Notes under the pieces: model-generated | Told to the model about the DNA's origin: nothing | Database searches by the model: none | Seen by the model: only the letters and a program-made list of their open reading frames with translations | Part shown: piece after piece, positions 59,162-62,027 of the stretch | Numbering within the stretch: position 1 is the stretch's first letter | Layout of the letters: each line of letters starts with the position of its first letter | Program-made: the position numbers and the translations under genes | Assembly: GCA_039962885.1 (NCBI GenBank) | Contig: JBDVGI010000022.1 | Coordinates: 1-62,027, forward strand | Length of the DNA stretch: 62,027 nucleotides | Direction of reading: 5' to 3' | Source: Litorimonas sp. | Lineage (GTDB): Bacteria; Pseudomonadota; Alphaproteobacteria; Caulobacterales; Maricaulaceae

Positions 59162-60268
59162 ATGAATACACGATCTCATAAACCTGCACCAGATGAGAGC
59201 ATGGCCTTTGTTCCTTCGGATAGTGCGCGCTTGTTAACATTCATCACAGATGAGACACCAGACGAGGGCAGCGTTACAGAAATCGCCGATGGTGTGTTCT
59301 GGCTGCGATTTGTCTTACCAATGAAAGGGCTTAACCATATTAATTTGTGGGCTTTGAAAGATGGTGATGGCTGGGTTGTTGTCGATACAGGTATTGGCAA
59401 TCAAGATAGCCGTGATATTTGGGAAATACATTTCAAGGAACTAATGGGAGGCCGCCCCGTGAACCGTGTGATCTGTACTCATTTACATCCCGATCACACA
59501 GGGCTTGCAGGTTGGATTTGCCGAAAATTTGGCGCGCCGCTTTTAATGACGCGCGGAGAGTATTTTCTTTGCCGTCTTATGGCTGCAGATACTGGCCATA
59601 GCGCGCCCAATGAAGGTGTGCAATTTTATCGTAAGGCAGGATTTACGGAAAGCCAGCTGGAACTTTACAAGGCTCGTTTTGGCGGATTTGGCAAAATGAT
59701 AACGCCGCTGCCGCAAAGCTATGACCGATTAGTGGACGGCGAATTGGGCTCTATTGGCGGACGGCAATGGCGCGTGATTATTGGGTCTGGTCATTCGCCT
59801 GAACATGCGTGTTTATATTGCCCAGAGTTAAATCTATGCCTAACTGGAGATCAACTCTTGCCGAATATTAGCTCGAACGTGTCGGTTTGGCCTACGGAAC
59901 CTGAGTCTAATCCACTTGAAGATTGGATTACATCTTGCCATAAATTAAAAACGCAATTGCCCGAAGATGTGTTAATTGGCCCTGCTCACGGCATTCCGTT
60001 TCGCGGCGCGCATCGCCGTTTGGATAAATTAATAGAACATCACGAAAAAGCCCTTAACCGCCTTGCAGAATTTTGCCGTGAGCCGCGCTTGGCCAATGGT
60101 GTGTATTCTGTTCTATTCCGCCGAGAAATTAATGACCAAAACCGCCTGATGGCCATTGGTGAAAGTGTGGCGCATTTAAATTGCCTAAAGGGACGCGGGA
60201 TTGTCTCACGCCGCAGAAATGATGCAGGGCAATTTACGTATAAAACGAAAAGTCAGTATTCGGGATGA
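59162..60268 (+). CDS. MBL-fold metallo-hydrolase
   Basis: VDTG, THLHPDH, GHSPEH, GDQLL, PAHG. Confidence 0.9.
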   Translation: MNTRSHKPAPDESMAFVPSDSARLLTFITDETPDEGSVTEIADGVFWLRFVLPMKGLNHINLWALKDGDGWVVVDTGIGNQDSRDIWEIHFKELMGGRPVNRVICTHLHPDHTGLAGWICRKFGAPLLMTRGEYFLCRLMAADTGHSAPNEGVQFYRKAGFTESQLELYKARFGGFGKMITPLPQSYDRLVDGELGSIGGRQWRVIIGSGHSPEHACLYCPELNLCLTGDQLLPNISSNVSVWPTEPESNPLEDWITSCHKLKTQLPEDVLIGPAHGIPFRGAHRRLDKLIEHHEKALNRLAEFCREPRLANGVYSVLFRREINDQNRLMAIGESVAHLNCLKGRGIVSRRRNDAGQFTYKTKSQYSG

Positions 60269-60284
60269 TAAAAATTGTAAGTTG

Positions 60285-60707
60285 TTAAGGTAGCCTAAGA
60301 GACGCTTTTCGATACTTATATTCCCCTTGACCAGTCCAGTTTTTTCCATCTGGAAACCGTAATTCAACGCCTGATAACTTATCCATATTGAATAAACGCA
60401 TATTAATACCCATGAGGTTATTTTTTCCTGACGTTGCAATATAACAATCTGTGAGTTTCCAATGGGTTGTAGACCCGCATGTCGCACAGAAATGTATTTG
60501 TATGGCGTGGGAGGGTTTGTCCGTTCTTTTATAATTCTGCGTTAACCCTGTAATTTTGACATTTGACGGTATGTAATATCCCCATAAGGCGCCAGCACTT
60601 GTGCATAATGAGCAATTGCAATCATTTATGAAATTTGGGTTTTCAGCAACTGTGATTTGTACTTTGCCACAATGACATTGCCCTATGATATTAGCATGTT
60701 GGTTCAT
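60285..60707 (-). CDS. GFA family (CENP-V-like) protein
   Basis: GQCHCGKV, CNCSLC, HFCATCG. Confidence 0.9.
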   Translation of the reverse strand: MNQHANIIGQCHCGKVQITVAENPNFINDCNCSLCTSAGALWGYYIPSNVKITGLTQNYKRTDKPSHAIQIHFCATCGSTTHWKLTDCYIATSGKNNLMGINMRLFNMDKLSGVELRFPDGKNWTGQGEYKYRKASLRLP

Positions 60708-60719
60708 TATAACTCATCC

Positions 60720-62027
60720 TCACATCATCGCGTCTGAGACCCCAGATAACGCTGCGGCAAAAACAGGCGCGGAAAAGTTTTCTAGATCTTCTATTCGCTC
60801 GCCAATCCCGATATGATGAATAGGCAAAGCGTATTTATCTGAGAGCGCGACCAACACCCCGCCTTTGGCGGTCCCGTCAAGTTTGGTCATAATCAACCCT
60901 GTAATGCCCGCAGTTTCTTTAAAGGCTTCGGTTTGAATCAGCGCGTTTTGACCGACCGTTGCATCAAGCACTAAGATCGAATGATGCGGCGCGGACGGGT
61001 CCTGTTTTTGGATCACACGAATGATCTTAGAGAGCTCGTCCATAAGCTCTGTACGGTTTTGCAGGCGGCCTGCTGTGTCGATCATTAATATGTCGAAATT
61101 TTCTTCGCGTGCGCGTGTGATGGCGTCATAAACAAGACCAGCCGCGTCTGCTCCAGCTGCGGCGCTCATGACGGGCGCGTTTGAGCGCTCTCCCCAAACG
61201 GTGAGCTGTTCTACTGCGGCGGCGCGGAATGTATCCCCCGCCGCAATAAGAACTTTCTTGCCTTCATCTGTATAACGTTTGGCAATTTTGCCTAATGTCG
61301 TTGTTTTTCCAGACCCGTTGACGCCTACAAAGAGTAAGATTTGAGGTTTGGATAGACCCAAAATAATCGGTTTTTCGAGCGGGGTTAAAATATCGGAAAT
61401 GACATCGGCGAGGGCGATTTTTACTTCCATATCTGTAATGTGTTTGTCGAATTTATCTTTCGCTAACAATGCAGTCACTTTGGAGGCAGGGCCAAGCCCG
61501 AGGTCAGAGGCGATGAGAATATCTTCGAGGTCTTCTATGGCTGCGTCATCGAGTTTGCGTTTGGTAAAAACCGCCGAGACTTGATCGCTCATGTGGCTGG
61601 TGGATTTGCGCAGCCCTGCAGTGATGCGCGATAGGAAATTTCCTTTCGCGAGCGTATCAGATACGGGAGCCGTCTTAGTTTGTTGGTCTGGCTGAGTTTG
61701 TTGATTAGATTGGCGCTGCGCCGCAAGTTCGCGTTCAGCAATCTCGCGCGCAGCTTGTTCTCCGGCGATGCTTGCGCGGCGCTCCGCTTCGCGGGCCTCA
61801 TCACGTAGTCTTTTGGCTTCACGTTTTTCGGCCGCGAGGCGTTCAGCTTCAAGGCGCTGCGTTTCGGCTTGCTCTGTTGCTAATCTCTCGGCCTCTAATT
61901 TTTCGGCGAGCGCTTTTTCTTCGGCTACGCGCTTGGTCTCGGCGTTTATGCGAGCGGCCTCGCGAGCTTGGGCTTGCGCATCTTGTTTGGCTTTAATAGC
62001 TGCGGTTTCGGCCTCGGATTTTGCCTT
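60720..62027 (-). CDS. ftsY: SRP receptor FtsY (5' end outside window) with long charged helical N-terminal extension
   Basis: GVNGSGKTTT, DTFRAAA, DTAGR, TKLDGTAKGG. The frame stays open for 145 codons upstream of the ORF-track Met (61592), up to the window edge. Confidence 0.93.
   Translation of the reverse strand, partial: KAKSEAETAAIKAKQDAQAQAREAARINAETKRVAEEKALAEKLEAERLATEQAETQRLEAERLAAEKREAKRLRDEAREAERRASIAGEQAAREIAERELAAQRQSNQQTQPDQQTKTAPVSDTLAKGNFLSRITAGLRKSTSHMSDQVSAVFTKRKLDDAAIEDLEDILIASDLGLGPASKVTALLAKDKFDKHITDMEVKIALADVISDILTPLEKPIILGLSKPQILLFVGVNGSGKTTTLGKIAKRYTDEGKKVLIAAGDTFRAAAVEQLTVWGERSNAPVMSAAAGADAAGLVYDAITRAREENFDILMIDTAGRLQNRTELMDELSKIIRVIQKQDPSAPHHSILVLDATVGQNALIQTEAFKETAGITGLIMTKLDGTAKGGVLVALSDKYALPIHHIGIGERIEDLENFSAPVFAAALSGVSDAMM

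Noticed and set aside
61589-61996. ORFs 61589-61852 (-) and 61772-61996 (+)
   Set aside because: Shadows of the extended ftsY frame.

Overview
A 62-kb chromosomal window, most likely from a Caulobacterales/Maricaulales-type alphaproteobacterium. This is inferred from a podJ-like gene with a CtrA box, ptsP, Coq7 and a LiuR-type box. Most of it is housekeeping: fatty-acyl-CoA catabolism, dsbD/redoxin, rdgB-hemW, lpoA-like/rsmI/yraN/BON, gshB, rodZ-ispG, nucleotide-sugar genes, phoD, ahcY-metK, rimM, ptsP, and a 5'-truncated ftsY. The standout accessory locus (~14.0-23.0 kb) is a curli-type functional-amyloid (type VIII secretion) cluster. It holds csgF, csgG, two very long CsgA-like curlins (~24 and ~20 repeats, counted by eye), a CsgB-like curlin and two unknown lipoproteins, with no recognisable csgC/D/E/H. 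Its non-coding DNA is unusual. The ~250-nt csgF leader and the ~550-nt csgG-curlin spacer fold by eye almost end to end into hairpins and multi-branch domains with many G-U pairs. The two leaders share an upstream motif and a GGGCGU-loop hairpin, which suggests an undescribed RNA-level control layer for amyloid production. At the left end, a CGCCCTTT(ATTGG) repeat brackets small cassette-like genes. No rRNA, tRNA, CRISPR array, integrase or transposase was recognised. All calls come from motif reading without database searches.
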